Shown here: one piece after another, positions 39,911 through 50,294 of the stretch
Layout of the letters: every line of letters begins with the position of its first letter
Position numbering within the stretch: the stretch's first letter is position 1
Origin: a virus
Strand: one strand, 5' to 3'
Virus record (IMG/VR): IMGVR_UViG_3300046471_000128
Location: 43,510-107,509 of that record
Length of the DNA stretch: 64,000 nucleotides
The notes under the pieces: model-generated
The model's input: only the letters and a program-made list of their open reading frames with translations
Database searches by the model: none
What the model was told of the DNA's origin: nothing
Position numbers and translations under genes: made by a program

Positions 39911-40996
39911 TCATTCAGCCGCCGTCGTTTCTTCCGCCGTCACTTCTTCGACGACCGGCTCTTCAACCGTCGGCTCTTCAACCGTCGGCTCTTCAACCGT
40001 CGGCTCGACGGTCGGTTCTTCCGCAACCGGTTCTTCGGGCAGCGGTTCGCTTGCCGGGTTCATCGCTTGCTGCGCCATCATGAGGAACAGCGAGTTCGGG
40101 TTGGGAACAAATTCGCCCTTGCCCGTCTGGACGATCATCTTCGTCTTCTCCATCACCGTCACCGTGTTGCGGCCCATCGCGCGCGCAGCGCTCGGGCTAT
40201 ACGGCTTGCTCAGCAGGTTCTTGTGGAGGTTCCCGTTGTCGCCCGTCTGGATCTTCCCGTCGGCGGCGAGCACGTCGAGGGCACGCTTGAAAATCTCGTT
40301 CGGCTTGTTCGTTTTGCCCGACAACCAGTCCATCAGGAGCGAGGCGCGATTCTTGACCTTGACGGACATCGCGTCGATCACCGCGAGCGTCTCGTCCTGC
40401 TTCGCTTTCAGCGCATCGCCCTCCAGCCCAGCGTCAGCGATCTCCAGCACGAGGTAGTCACCGAGCGACGCACCCAGGCGCGCTACGATGCGATCCGTCT
40501 TGTTCTGGTAGTGCGTGCGCGGGGCGCGGACCTTCTTCGCTGCTGCGGCGGTGGGCTCTGCTGCGCTCATTTCGGTCGCAAGCGCTTCTTCGGCGAGCAG
40601 ACGCTCTTTCTCGGCTTCTTCGTCCGTGACGCCCTCGTGGGCAGGCGCATCAGCGGGCACCAGCGCGTAGGCTTCTTGCACTTCGATGTTGGCGAGCGCA
40701 GCTTCGAGCGCTTCCCCGTGCGCTTCTTCGGACGGGAGTGCGGACTCGGCTGCGACTTCGAGCAACGGCGGCACGTCGAGAACTTCGACCGTCCCGGAGT
40801 CGAGCAGGACTTCTTCGCTCGATTCGACCAGTGCGGCGACCGACGCTTCGAACGTCTCGACCGGCGCTGCGCCCATGTTCGGCTCGCCCAGCACATCGAG
40901 GAGCGCTGCGAGTTCGGGGTCCATCGGGGCTGCTTCGCTCGCGCCCAGCATGTTGATGTTGAGGACGGCTGCGACTGCGTTTTTCTTGGCGTTCAT
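39911..40996 (-). CDS. 361-aa early protein with acidic N-terminal half, folded C-domain and EEPTV-repeat tail (start MNAKKN)
   Basis: CAGGAGAG SD, three upstream promoter-like elements, hairpin 39882-39901; 15-bp coding repeat near 39956-40005. Confidence 0.8.
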   Translation of the reverse strand: MNAKKNAVAAVLNINMLGASEAAPMDPELAALLDVLGEPNMGAAPVETFEASVAALVESSEEVLLDSGTVEVLDVPPLLEVAAESALPSEEAHGEALEAALANIEVQEAYALVPADAPAHEGVTDEEAEKERLLAEEALATEMSAAEPTAAAAKKVRAPRTHYQNKTDRIVARLGASLGDYLVLEIADAGLEGDALKAKQDETLAVIDAMSVKVKNRASLLMDWLSGKTNKPNEIFKRALDVLAADGKIQTGDNGNLHKNLLSKPYSPSAARAMGRNTVTVMEKTKMIVQTGKGEFVPNPNSLFLMMAQQAMNPASEPLPEEPVAEEPTVEPTVEEPTVEEPTVEEPVVEEVTAEETTAAE

Positions 40997-41294
40997 GATG
41001 CTCTCCTGAGTGAGATTGGGTAACGCGTTCATCGCGTCAGATTCAATTTTGTCGATCAGGTAGAGGCGCGTATCGCATGAGTCAGGATCGTTTCTCTGCC
41101 CGGTCTGGGTGTCGTGCACTGCATCGACTAGAGAAATTCTAGGGAGCGGGTTGTGGCGTAAATCCTGTGCGTTTGGATATGTGCTTGCTAGAAAGAAAGG
41201 TGCGCGCGCCCGCGCGAATAGCACCGGGCTTCTGGCTCGGGCCCGGAAAATAGAAAGGGCGCCCGAAGGCGCCCTGTCATGGGGTTGGAGGCTA

Positions 41295-42019
41295 TCACCA
41301 GCTACCCGCCAATTCGCTGCCAATCTCCGCGATCCGTGCCCGCGACTTGCGGTCGTCCACTTCCTCACTTGAGTTCTGGTAAAGGGCTTCGGCGACGTTC
41401 GAACGGATCACGGCCGTCACCCCGGGCATCTCCGCGCACACGAAGCGCTCGGCGGCGTAGTGACTCAGTTCTCGCTCCTCTGCGGCGAGCCATGCGAAGA
41501 AGGCGTCCCGCATCGTCGCTGCCAATTCATCGCACTCCGTCATCACCAGCTCCCCGCCAGGTCTGCAATGTCCTCGTCCATCCCGCGTGTGTCGGGCACA
41601 TCGGGCGGGGGTGGCACGAGAATGTTGCCCTTCTCGACGAACTGGCGCCCGCTCTCACCCCTGCTTGAGGGCAGCCATTCGCAGTCGGCGTAGCGCACGA
41701 GGATGTCCTCGTAGGCGTCGATCGCCTCCTGCTCGGTGCGAAACTCGCGCGTCGCCTGCGGATCGGGTGAGCGCCGCGGTGCGTCGAGCGGACGGCCCTC
41801 GCCATCGGTCGTGACGATGTTCTCGACGTCCAGACGGTAGAGCTTCCAGTGCTGCTTCGGAATCGTTTTGGCGTTCTTCTGGAAGCCAAGCCACTCGCAG
41901 GTGACGCGGATCTTTTCGTTCTCGAACTCCCGGAAGAACCGGTAGGCGTGATTTTTTTGCAGCGCTACCCACGCTGCCTGCGTGATCGAGCCGCCATCTC
42001 TGTTGACGAATGCGAGCAT
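41295..42019 (-). CDS. Two coupled hypothetical genes (41543-42019, 41295-41546), both ending LAGSW
   Basis: SD before 42019, 4-nt overlap, terminator 41255-41275. Confidence 0.65.
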
Positions 42020-42186
42020 GTCCTACTCCTGAAAGACGTTGAATCGCTGTCCACAGGCCGGCCGCAGACATTGCTCTTCGGTGTGATCCTCATGGGACGC
42101 GAGCCAGTCGGTGCGCGCGCCACAAAACGAGCAGGTTGTCGGCTGCTCGTCGGCGATAAGGTTGATCGGTGGTTCGTTTTCTCGGC

Positions 42187-42537
42187 TCATAGTCCTTTGG
42201 CGAACGTGACGGGCACGCCCGCTTCCTTTGCTTGTCCCACCATGTTGAGGGTGCCCCGTCCACCGGGCAGCGCGAACACATGGTCGGGTTTGCCCTCGCG
42301 GAGCATCTGCGCATTGCGTGTCGGCCCAGCGGCGTTACGCAAGCGCGACCAGTCGGCGGGGAACCGCACAAATTCGATTCCCCGCGCGACTGCCCATTCT
42401 TCCCCGATGGTGTCGGCACCGCGCGCTGCACCGTGGATCACGAGGGTCACGGTGTGCGCACGGGCGAACCGATCGAGCTTGGCGAACGCCCACTCCCGCT
42501 CGTCGAAGTCTCGGCCGCCGCAGATCAGTAGACGCAT
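42187..42537 (-). CDS. DUF2493 / YspA SLOG-family protein
   Basis: LICGGRDF...IHGAARGAD...ADW...AGP.RN..M...PGG.GT..M. Confidence 0.85.
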   Translation of the reverse strand: MRLLICGGRDFDEREWAFAKLDRFARAHTVTLVIHGAARGADTIGEEWAVARGIEFVRFPADWSRLRNAAGPTRNAQMLREGKPDHVFALPGGRGTLNMVGQAKEAGVPVTFAKGL

Positions 42538-42546
42538 GGTCGCTCC

Positions 42547-43098
42547 TTACTTCGCCGCGACGCGCAGGCTCGGCGGCTGCTCGCCCACCGTGCCCGACGG
42601 ATCGATCTGCGCCATCGCCTCGCCCTTCACGAGCCGGTGGCGCGTGAGGATGATGCGGACCTTCGGATCGACTTCGGCCAGGATCTCGAGCGCGGCGGCG
42701 CGCAGCTCGGCGGCGTTAGCCGGGTCCGATGCAGCGGCTTGCTGGACGCGCTCGAACGTGCGCAGGAATCGGCAGGTGTCGTCGAACTTCGGCGCACCGC
42801 CCGATACCGAGAAGCCCGGCCCGCCTACCGCGACCCCAGCCGTCCCGCCGCAATAGTCCGACGAGAACGAGCCCGCGAACCCGCTGACGACCGCCTGACC
42901 CGTCGTGCGCGCGGTGTAGGAGCCAGAGTAGTGCTGGTCGCCCGGATTGTTGAACACGATCTGCTGCGCATTCCCGGCGTTGTTCGCGCCCGCAGTGGAT
43001 GCGGTGCTCGCCAAGCTGGTCGAGTCCACTGCGGTCTGTGCGTGTGCCGAGACAGCGGCGACCAGGAGCAGCGATGCAAAGACTGCCTTTAGTTTCAT
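42547..43098 (-). CDS. Secreted protein with Cys pair
   Basis: Signal peptide ending AHA; SSDYCGG...DDTC. Confidence 0.75.
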   Translation of the reverse strand: MKLKAVFASLLLVAAVSAHAQTAVDSTSLASTASTAGANNAGNAQQIVFNNPGDQHYSGSYTARTTGQAVVSGFAGSFSSDYCGGTAGVAVGGPGFSVSGGAPKFDDTCRFLRTFERVQQAAASDPANAAELRAAALEILAEVDPKVRIILTRHRLVKGEAMAQIDPSGTVGEQPPSLRVAAK

Positions 43099-43175
43099 GG
43101 AATCAAGCTCCTCAAAAAGATTGCCCCGGCCGAAGCCGGGGCTCTTGTTATGTGACGGCCCCCTTCGCGCTGCTC

Positions 43176-43658
43176 TTAGAAGCGCGTGCTACCGATCGCT
43201 GCGACGCCGCCGATGCCCGCGACACCACCGACTGCCGTCGCACCGAAGGTGGCACCGACCGCGGCCGCGTTGTCGACCTTGCCGAAGCCGGTCGTGCCGT
43301 TCACGATCGAGTCGCCGTCCTTCCCCGGAGCGTTGCCGGTCGTGGTCCCGTAGCTGTGGATCTCCGACAGCTGCGAGGTTTGGCTGCCCACCGTCGCACC
43401 GTGCAGGTTGATGTTGCCGCCGACGCTCGCGCTGCCCTGCGAGAGTCCGTCGGTGTGCTGGAACGACGTGCCGTTGCCGATCACCTCGGTCGTGCTGATG
43501 GCGTTGCCCGTGCTGATGCTCGACGCGCTGCCGTTGATCGTGCCGCCGTAGGTGTTTGCGAAGCCGCCGACGACTGCGCCGCCGCCTACTGCTGCACCAC
43601 TTGCGAAAGCTGCCGATGCGCCCAATGCCAGGATTGCTGCGATGATGGTCTTTTTCAT
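43176..43658 (-). CDS. Secreted Gly/Ala/Ser/Thr-rich protein (fibre- or amyloid-like composition)
   Basis: Signal peptide MKKTIIAAILALGASAAFA; GAGGAG SD; terminator 43123-43143. Confidence 0.75.
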   Translation of the reverse strand: MKKTIIAAILALGASAAFASGAAVGGGAVVGGFANTYGGTINGSASSISTGNAISTTEVIGNGTSFQHTDGLSQGSASVGGNINLHGATVGSQTSQLSEIHSYGTTTGNAPGKDGDSIVNGTTGFGKVDNAAAVGATFGATAVGGVAGIGGVAAIGSTRF

Positions 43659-43812
43659 GTTTTAGAACTCCTCAATTTGTATGTCCGGAACCCGCCGGAC
43701 GCGGTTTGTTTAAACCTGCCCGGTATCGCTTCGTTTTCTGCGTTGCGTTACCGTATTAGTATTCTGACTTGCGATTCTTGGCGTCGTTTTGGATCATTGC
43801 GACGCGTTCAAA

Positions 43813-45053
43813 TCACGTCAGGATCGGGACCGGCGCGTTCATGATGCGCACGGCGGTCGGATCGTAGATTGCGCCACCCTTGATGTCATGGTCGATCGGG
43901 CCGAACTGGACCTGGAGCGCGACCGTGTTCTTCAGCAGCTTCTTCGCGTCCTCTTCGCACTGGAGATAGATGCGCTCCGCAAGCTTCTTGTTGCCGTCGG
44001 TGAGCGCCGCATGCAGCTGGCTCCCCGGCGCGGCCCATGTGTCCTTGTATCGGATGCATCTGCGGTTCATTCCTTCTCCTTTGTTACGGCGGGCACCCAC
44101 TCGTAGCGGGGTTTCCCGCCCGTGCAGTCCCACCCGATGATGTTCCCGTGAAAGTCTCGGACCCTCTTGAACTTTCGAACGTGCACCACGCCACCGATCA
44201 GCTTCCGATCGCCGACCTGTGGCTTCGGCCGGCGCGGCGCGGTCGTGATGGTGATCCTCACCGCGGCACCCCGCGCGCGGCACGCACTTTCGCGACGAGA
44301 CGCTCGGCCTCGTCCGAAAGACAGCCGAGCTCCTTCAGCCGCGTGGTGAAGAACTCATCCACCGCTTTAAGCGCCTCGCCCTGCACCTCCGCGTGCATCA
44401 GGAGCCGCCGCACGTCGCGCTGTGGATCGCCTTTCCCGCCCAGATAGGCGAGCTTGTTGAGGTGCTCGATCTCGGCGTCGGTCAGGACTTTAGGCACGCG
44501 TATCTCCCACGGTGGCTGCGAGGTGCGCTTCATATGCTTCTGCGCCATCGAACTCCGGCGAGCCGGGCTGTGTTGCCGGGTCATACGCCCCGTCTACGGT
44601 GGCCGTCATGAGCGCCCACGCTTCGGTGAACGCTCGGTATTCCGGAAATTGCGAGGTGTCCACGTCGAAGACGCGGCGCATGAAGATCGCTGCGCCCTCA
44701 TTGCCGAGCCGGTGCTTGTCAGCGGCGTTGGTGCCCGCATCGACCACCGCCATCGCGATGTTGCAGTGCCAGGACCACGCATACGCGTCGCCACCTTTGA
44801 GGGCGGCCTTCAACGCGTCGAGTGCCGCAGGCGCCTGCTGGGCTTCGTGGAGCTTCACCAGCAGGTGGCCCACGAGATCGATCAGATCGGACTTCGCGTG
44901 ACGCTCACCCACGAGAATCGCGGCCGCGTCGAACGCCGGGTAGTGCGGGAAAAGGTTCACGCCGCTCGGGTGCGACGCCAAAATCGTCTCTTGATCGACG
45001 TAAAATTGCTGAGCCCGCGGCGCGAGGTGATGCTTGTGATTCGGAATGGTCAT
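43813..45053 (-). CDS. Four small hypothetical genes (44490-45053, 44258 to about 44548, 44067-44261, 43813-44070)
   Basis: Coupled ORFs downstream of class-II element 45085. Confidence 0.55.
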
Positions 45054-45741
45054 GCTTGGTTCCCCGTGTTTTTGCATTGATTTGATTGTCCCGACGCACT
45101 CTCGGCGGTGCGCTGGATCTCTTCGACCGTGTAACCGCACTTGCATGCGATGCTCGCTTTGGCGCTGCTGTGCACGACGTATTGGCGCCCGTTCGGCTGC
45201 GTGATGAGCCATTCGCCTTCGAGCGTGGGCGGCACTTGCACCACCTGAGCGGCTTCGAGAAAGCGCCGCTGCATCTCTTCGCCCTGTTTCCAACGCGTGC
45301 CGAGCGCCCTCTCGATCGCTCTTAGCGCATTACTCGCAGCCGCAGCGCCGTGCGCGCGCAGGTCGAGCGCGAGGTGGTAGTCGCCAATCGCCTGACGAAT
45401 GGCAGCCAACTGCTCGTCTGGGCGGTGCGAATTCGCGATTTCGGTGATCGCGAATATCGGCACTTCGATAGCTTTTTGCTTTTCAGGCAGAGGATTTATC
45501 AGTCTCTCAATATTTTTCAATCCAACTTCTCCCTCAATTCAAAGATCCAGCCAGGCTTATCAAGCTTTAGCTGCTCACATTTGGCTTTTAACCGGCTAAC
45601 CTGCGATTCGGTCCTAGCCCAATAAACTGTGGCTTTACTTAACTGTGTTACCTGGACCATATGATCCATGTCCATCGCCTTGAAACGCTTCTCCCTCGGG
45701 GCTCTACCGTAAATCCGGTAGTCCTTCAGACGCGTGCTCAT
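45050..45741 (-). CDS. Two hypothetical genes (45517-45741, lower GC; 45050-45520)
   Basis: SD; TATAAT promoter with operator-like site at 45757-45782. Confidence 0.55.
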
Positions 45742-46022
45742 CGGCCTCTCCTTTGATTATAGGATGAGTTACCTCTTACTTATGTTGAAGGACTAAAAAA
45801 AAGCGCCCTTCTCCCGCCCTGCTGCTTTTCAGATTACCGATCACTTATTGGACCGACTTCAATCTCTTTGCGAGCTCCTCGATTGTCACGTTCTCCGAGG
45901 TCACACCGCCCAGCAAACCAAGAATCGGTAACTTAATCAGGAGACTGATAGTCGACCAGAGCCGATATAGAAGCGTCGATGGACGCGCGAGACTCGGAAT
46001 GATCAGATTAAACAGCAGAATC

Positions 46023-46736
46023 TCAGGCAAGGTCAGGAATGCCCATACCGACCCGAGCCACAAGCTGTTCAGCCGGTTCTTGTTCTTCCCAAGGCGGTAT
46101 TGATGAAAGCCGGGGGTCCATAACATAGTTGTTCCACTCCTCTTCATTGAAGCCAAACGCGAACGTGCGCCTGTTGTTCTGGTCGAGCATCCTATCCGCT
46201 TTCCGCGATTCTCGCTTTTTCGAGCATTCGTCTGCGCTAGGCTTAGGGCGCTTAGGGCGCGTGAAAAGCTCGGGCAGCGGCTCTACACGGGCCTGTGCGC
46301 GTGCCTCGCGCATTCCCATCTTAGCTAGGTGATCGCATTGATTATTGACCCACAGACGCGGCTGCTCCCCGTTTGTGTGCCCTTTGACGTGCTTCCAACG
46401 CACGGTTGCGTTTTTGATCTGAAGGAGTGCGACCAACCCGTCAACGATAATCCTCTCGTCTTCCTGCAGGATACGCTTTCGCTCGAAGGCTGCAATAGCC
46501 GCGGTGCAGTCGGTCTGAATGAGTATCGTGTCGCCCGGCCATGCAATCAAGTGCACGAATGTCATGTGCAGAGCGTTTAGACACGCCATCATTTCCGCGA
46601 TGCCGCTGTTACGGGCAAGGGACTTAAAAGGCCCGCCTCCCGAGTGTTGCCCGCGCAAGGACTTCGACCAGTAGCCAAAGCCGCCCGCGCGAGTTTCAGG
46701 ATCGAACGACGCGTCGGCGAATACGCTTACGAGCAT
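46023..46736 (-). CDS. RNase HI-family nuclease with C-terminal extension
   Basis: FADAS, AEMMA, QTDC, WKHVKGH, N..CD.LA catalytic set. Confidence 0.85.
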   Translation of the reverse strand: MLVSVFADASFDPETRAGGFGYWSKSLRGQHSGGGPFKSLARNSGIAEMMACLNALHMTFVHLIAWPGDTILIQTDCTAAIAAFERKRILQEDERIIVDGLVALLQIKNATVRWKHVKGHTNGEQPRLWVNNQCDHLAKMGMREARAQARVEPLPELFTRPKRPKPSADECSKKRESRKADRMLDQNNRRTFAFGFNEEEWNNYVMDPRLSSIPPWEEQEPAEQLVARVGMGIPDLA

Positions 46737-47397
46737 GCGCAGCCCTCCCTGATCCCGCCAACCGCCTTGATGTGATCCGCATACTGGATCGGCAGCCCAA
46801 GCTCCCTTGAGATCCGCGCGTGCAGGTGCGTGTCGTCGTCCCACGGTTTTTCCGTGATGTGTTCAAGCGCCTCGCGCAGCAGCCCCCGAAGGCGGTCTTC
46901 GGTCGCGGTGCTCATGCGGGCACCTTGCGCTTCGTCGGCGGGATATGCCCGTTCCCGTTGGGGGTGAAGCGCTCGTAGACTTCGAGGAATGCCTCTGCGG
47001 CCGCGAGCGGTGACTTTCGCGCGATGCGGGCGCGCTCCTCACCCTCGGGTTGCCGACCCCAGCACCAGAAGTAATAGAGGCCGTCCTTCTCGTGCATCGG
47101 TAGCCCCGTCATGCGCCGCCCGCGGTGCTCCTGCACCAACGTCCACTCCTCGTCGGTGATGGCGCGCTCGGTCGCTTTGTCGGGCTCTGCCACCTCGACG
47201 CGCGGCTCTTGCACGACCTTGATCTTCACGCGATGGCCCATGCCGCTATAGACCACGCCGTTGCCCGCGCGCAGCGCATCAAGGCTATCGACATTGATCT
47301 TCGCGCCCGCACGGTCGAGCGTGTGGAGGATCGCTTCTGCGACACGGTGATGCCCGGAACCGACCTGACCCTTCACGATGACTTTGATTTTGCTCAT
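46727..47397 (-). CDS. Two hypothetical genes (46912-47397, 46727-46915)
   Basis: ATGA-coupled ORFs. Confidence 0.6.
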
Positions 47398-47969
47398 GCT
47401 GCCTCCAGAACTGCGGGCACCGGCTGCACGATGTGCGGGCCGAAGAAGCCCATCGCGCGCGCAGCGAAGTAAGCCTGCATATTTACCGAAATATCGTATT
47501 CAGCGGCATGGGCCAGCGCCGGGTTGTAGTCCACGCCGCAGGCGAAGCACAACTCGCCCAAGTTCGGCAGCTTGCCGAGCGGGGTCGCCCAGCGCGCCTC
47601 TTCCATCGTGTCGATCAGTTCGAGCTTCGGCACGGCCATCCCGATGCGCTGGAACTCGCCCGACAGGAACGGCCAGTCGAACCCGCGCACGTTGTGCCCG
47701 CCCATGTATTGCGCCGCGGTGAGAATGCGATGCACGTTTGGAGCGACCTGCTCCCACGTCGGCTCATTCGCTAGCATGTCGAACGTGATCCCGTGCACCG
47801 CCTGGGCGGCTGCGTCAATCGGCCGTTGCGGATTCACGCGCTGCACGTATTTGCCCATGAAGCGCGCGGACTCGAGCTCATAGAGCAAGGCGGCAACTTC
47901 GATGATGCGGTGGCCGGCGGACTGGTCTAGCCCGGTCGTCTCTAAATCCAGACCTACAAGAAGGGTCAT
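47394..47969 (-). CDS. DEDDh 3'-5' exonuclease (DnaQ-like)
   Basis: DLETTG, HN.RGFD, IDTM, H.A.YD. Confidence 0.9.
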   Translation of the reverse strand: MTLLVGLDLETTGLDQSAGHRIIEVAALLYELESARFMGKYVQRVNPQRPIDAAAQAVHGITFDMLANEPTWEQVAPNVHRILTAAQYMGGHNVRGFDWPFLSGEFQRIGMAVPKLELIDTMEEARWATPLGKLPNLGELCFACGVDYNPALAHAAEYDISVNMQAYFAARAMGFFGPHIVQPVPAVLEAA

Positions 47970-48060
47970 AAGAACCTCACATTTAATAACTGTTCGCTTA
48001 CTTATTATAGCGCCCGCTCTTTGGCGGGCACGTTTTAGAACTAATGGGCGATCTTGCGTT

Positions 48061-48468
48061 TCATGCGGCGGCCCACGCGGCGAGTTGACTCTTCAACTGC
48101 CCGTGCCTCGCCAGGAAGTCGCGAATGCGCTTGAGAGCGATCTTCTTGTGGCTCCGCTTCGTCGTGTGCGCCGGTCTGAACAGTGCCCACGCGATCGTAG
48201 AGTTGATTCCGAAGAGCTTTTCGAGCGCCGCGTAACCCCGCTCGTCGCCAACTGCGATCATGTCGTAGCCAGGCTGCGCTCCGTCATATCGCAGACCGAG
48301 CGCCTGGAACTTCGGGTGCAACGTCAGCCACCCGATCGTGCAGGCGACCGTGCCGCAGTTCATACCGTTGTCGCGCGCCCGCCAGTTGTCCAGGTCGATG
48401 TTCTCTGCGGGGATTCCGTCGATGATTTCGTAGGCGTCTTTCAACAGTTCGAAGTTCGGGCGTTGCAT
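48061..48468 (-). CDS. Hypothetical protein of the CGxxAC family (paralog of 36050-36562)
   Basis: LDNW...CGTVACTIG...PKFQALGL...LFG...LF...KRIR; class-II element 48514. Confidence 0.7.
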   Translation of the reverse strand: MQRPNFELLKDAYEIIDGIPAENIDLDNWRARDNGMNCGTVACTIGWLTLHPKFQALGLRYDGAQPGYDMIAVGDERGYAALEKLFGINSTIAWALFRPAHTTKRSHKKIALKRIRDFLARHGQLKSQLAAWAAA

Positions 48469-48557
48469 GGGCTCTCCTGAATGGTCTCAATGCGACCGGG
48501 TTGCGATTGAGTCATTCTCCCGACCGCGCATTGGCGGTCGGGCGGATACAGCGGGTG

Positions 48558-50294
48558 TTACGTGAGTGCGAGTTGGTGCTCGGCGGCGATAGGCGAACCC
48601 ACCTGCTCACCTTGCACCGGCTCCCCTGCGAGAGCAGCATCCAGCGCAGCGTCTTCCTCGGGCGTCATCGGTGCGGCGGCCGACTTCGCACGCTTCGGGA
48701 GGATCTCGCGCAGCGCGTCGGCGTTGTCCACGATGAAGCAGGCGACTTGGTTCACCGTCACCGCGTCGAGATACTGCATGCTGTCCTCGCTGTTCGGCAG
48801 CTGTGCAGCAACGAGCTCCATGACCTTGCGCACGCGGTCCAGGTCAGCCTGGTGCTTCATCGCGTCAACCTTGCTCTCGAAGGTTTGGCCGTCGCTGGTT
48901 TCGTATTGGGCCTTGACGATGCGCTTGATGAGGTTTGCCATGATGTGTAGATCCTTATAGGGAGTGGAAAATCGGGTCCGCGCTGGCGCGGATTTCTCGG
49001 TTTGGGTTTTACAGCTTCACGCGGCCGGTTTCACGCAGGGTGTCGGCCAGTTGCAGCGTGGACATTTCGATCAGCAGCACGTCGCGGTTGCGGGCCGGGT
49101 CGAACTTGCGGAGCGAACTGGGCGCAGCGCCGTTCACGCGTTCGAGCGCTTCGACGAGCTCCTCGCGCAGGTGCAGCAGCGTGCGGGCTTCGGCGAGCAC
49201 CGGGTGCGGCGCGAACATGCAGGAGATGCTGTCCGTCTCCATCACGCCCGGAATGTATTCGACGATGTGGCCGGGGAAGTGCTTGCTCTCAAAGAGGATC
49301 ACCCCGCCGCCCCGGCGGGATTGCGCGAAGATCGCCTTCTTCTGTTCGTCGGTGCGGTTCTGAAGCTCCCCCAGGATGGTGTAGAGCTTGTCCTCGTCGC
49401 GAATGATCTGGATCTCGTTCGCACGGGCGACGAGATTGGCGACGTCAAGACGAATGGCTGAAATGGTGGTGCTCATGTTCCCTCAAAGGTTGTTAAGTTT
49501 CTCGTTACTAATCATTATAGTAACGAGAAAAGATCGGCGATCAGAACTGCTGCTTGATCGAATCCGCGAGCTTGTCGTAAGCGCGCAGGCGCGTGAGGAC
49601 GTGGTAGATCGAACGATCCGAAGTGCTGCTGTCCTTCATGCCGGCGATCAGCTCGTCGGCGTTCTCAGCCCACTGGAACTCCCCGCCGTGCGTGACGGTG
49701 AGAATCGACTGGTTGATTCCGCCGTAGAAGTGCACGCTCGGCTTCAGGAACTCGGGCGACAGCGTGAGAGTGCCGACGAACCCGTCATCGGGTGCTTGTG
49801 CGCCGCTCGGGGTGAGCGGCGGCACGTATTGACCGCTTTCCATCAGGTTCTCCTCAGAGGGCGATAGCGCCCGGTTGATCACGGAATTTCTTCGCGGTGG
49901 TCAGGAACAGGCGCAGCGCGGACGCGGAGGAGTCGTCCTCGACGCGGGTTTCCTTCGACACCAGCGCGACGCCCGGCTTCTTCAGGGTCGTCTCGACCGT
50001 CAGGCTGCCGACGAGCCACCGCACGACGACGACCACCTCGCCGATCACCGTGACCGAGCGCTGGACCTCGCTCACCCCGCCCAGATACTCCTTGCGGGCC
50101 GCGCTGATGATCTCCATCGACTCTTTGCTCACCAGGCCCGCCACACCGCCCCACAGCCCTTCGAGGGTCTGGTGGTAGGCGTAGCTGGTGATCTTGCCGG
50201 CGCGCACCGCCAAAAACGCGCGCTCGATCTCCTCGACGACCTTGCGTTCGAGCTCCTCGCGAATGGTCGGCGGCTCGCCGTTGAGCGTGCTCAT
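48558..50294 (-). CDS. Four hypothetical genes (48558-48941, 49009-49476, 49541-49882, 49854-50294)
   Basis: Co-oriented ORFs with typical codon usage. Confidence 0.6.

Larger units (their letters stand above)
30755..48546 (-). promoter_or_regulatory. Dispersed class-II promoter-like elements KCCR-N7-KCCD-N8-(mostly TCGGGA)VAMT, 11 full copies
   Basis: 33-bp copies at 30755, 31580, 34638, 35103, 35989, 37866, 39576, 41215, 43761, 45085, 48514, each upstream of a - strand start codon with identical spacing. Confidence 0.85.

Noticed and set aside
39956-40030. 15-bp repeat as a regulatory array
   Set aside because: Encodes the EEPTV low-complexity tail of the 39911-40996 protein
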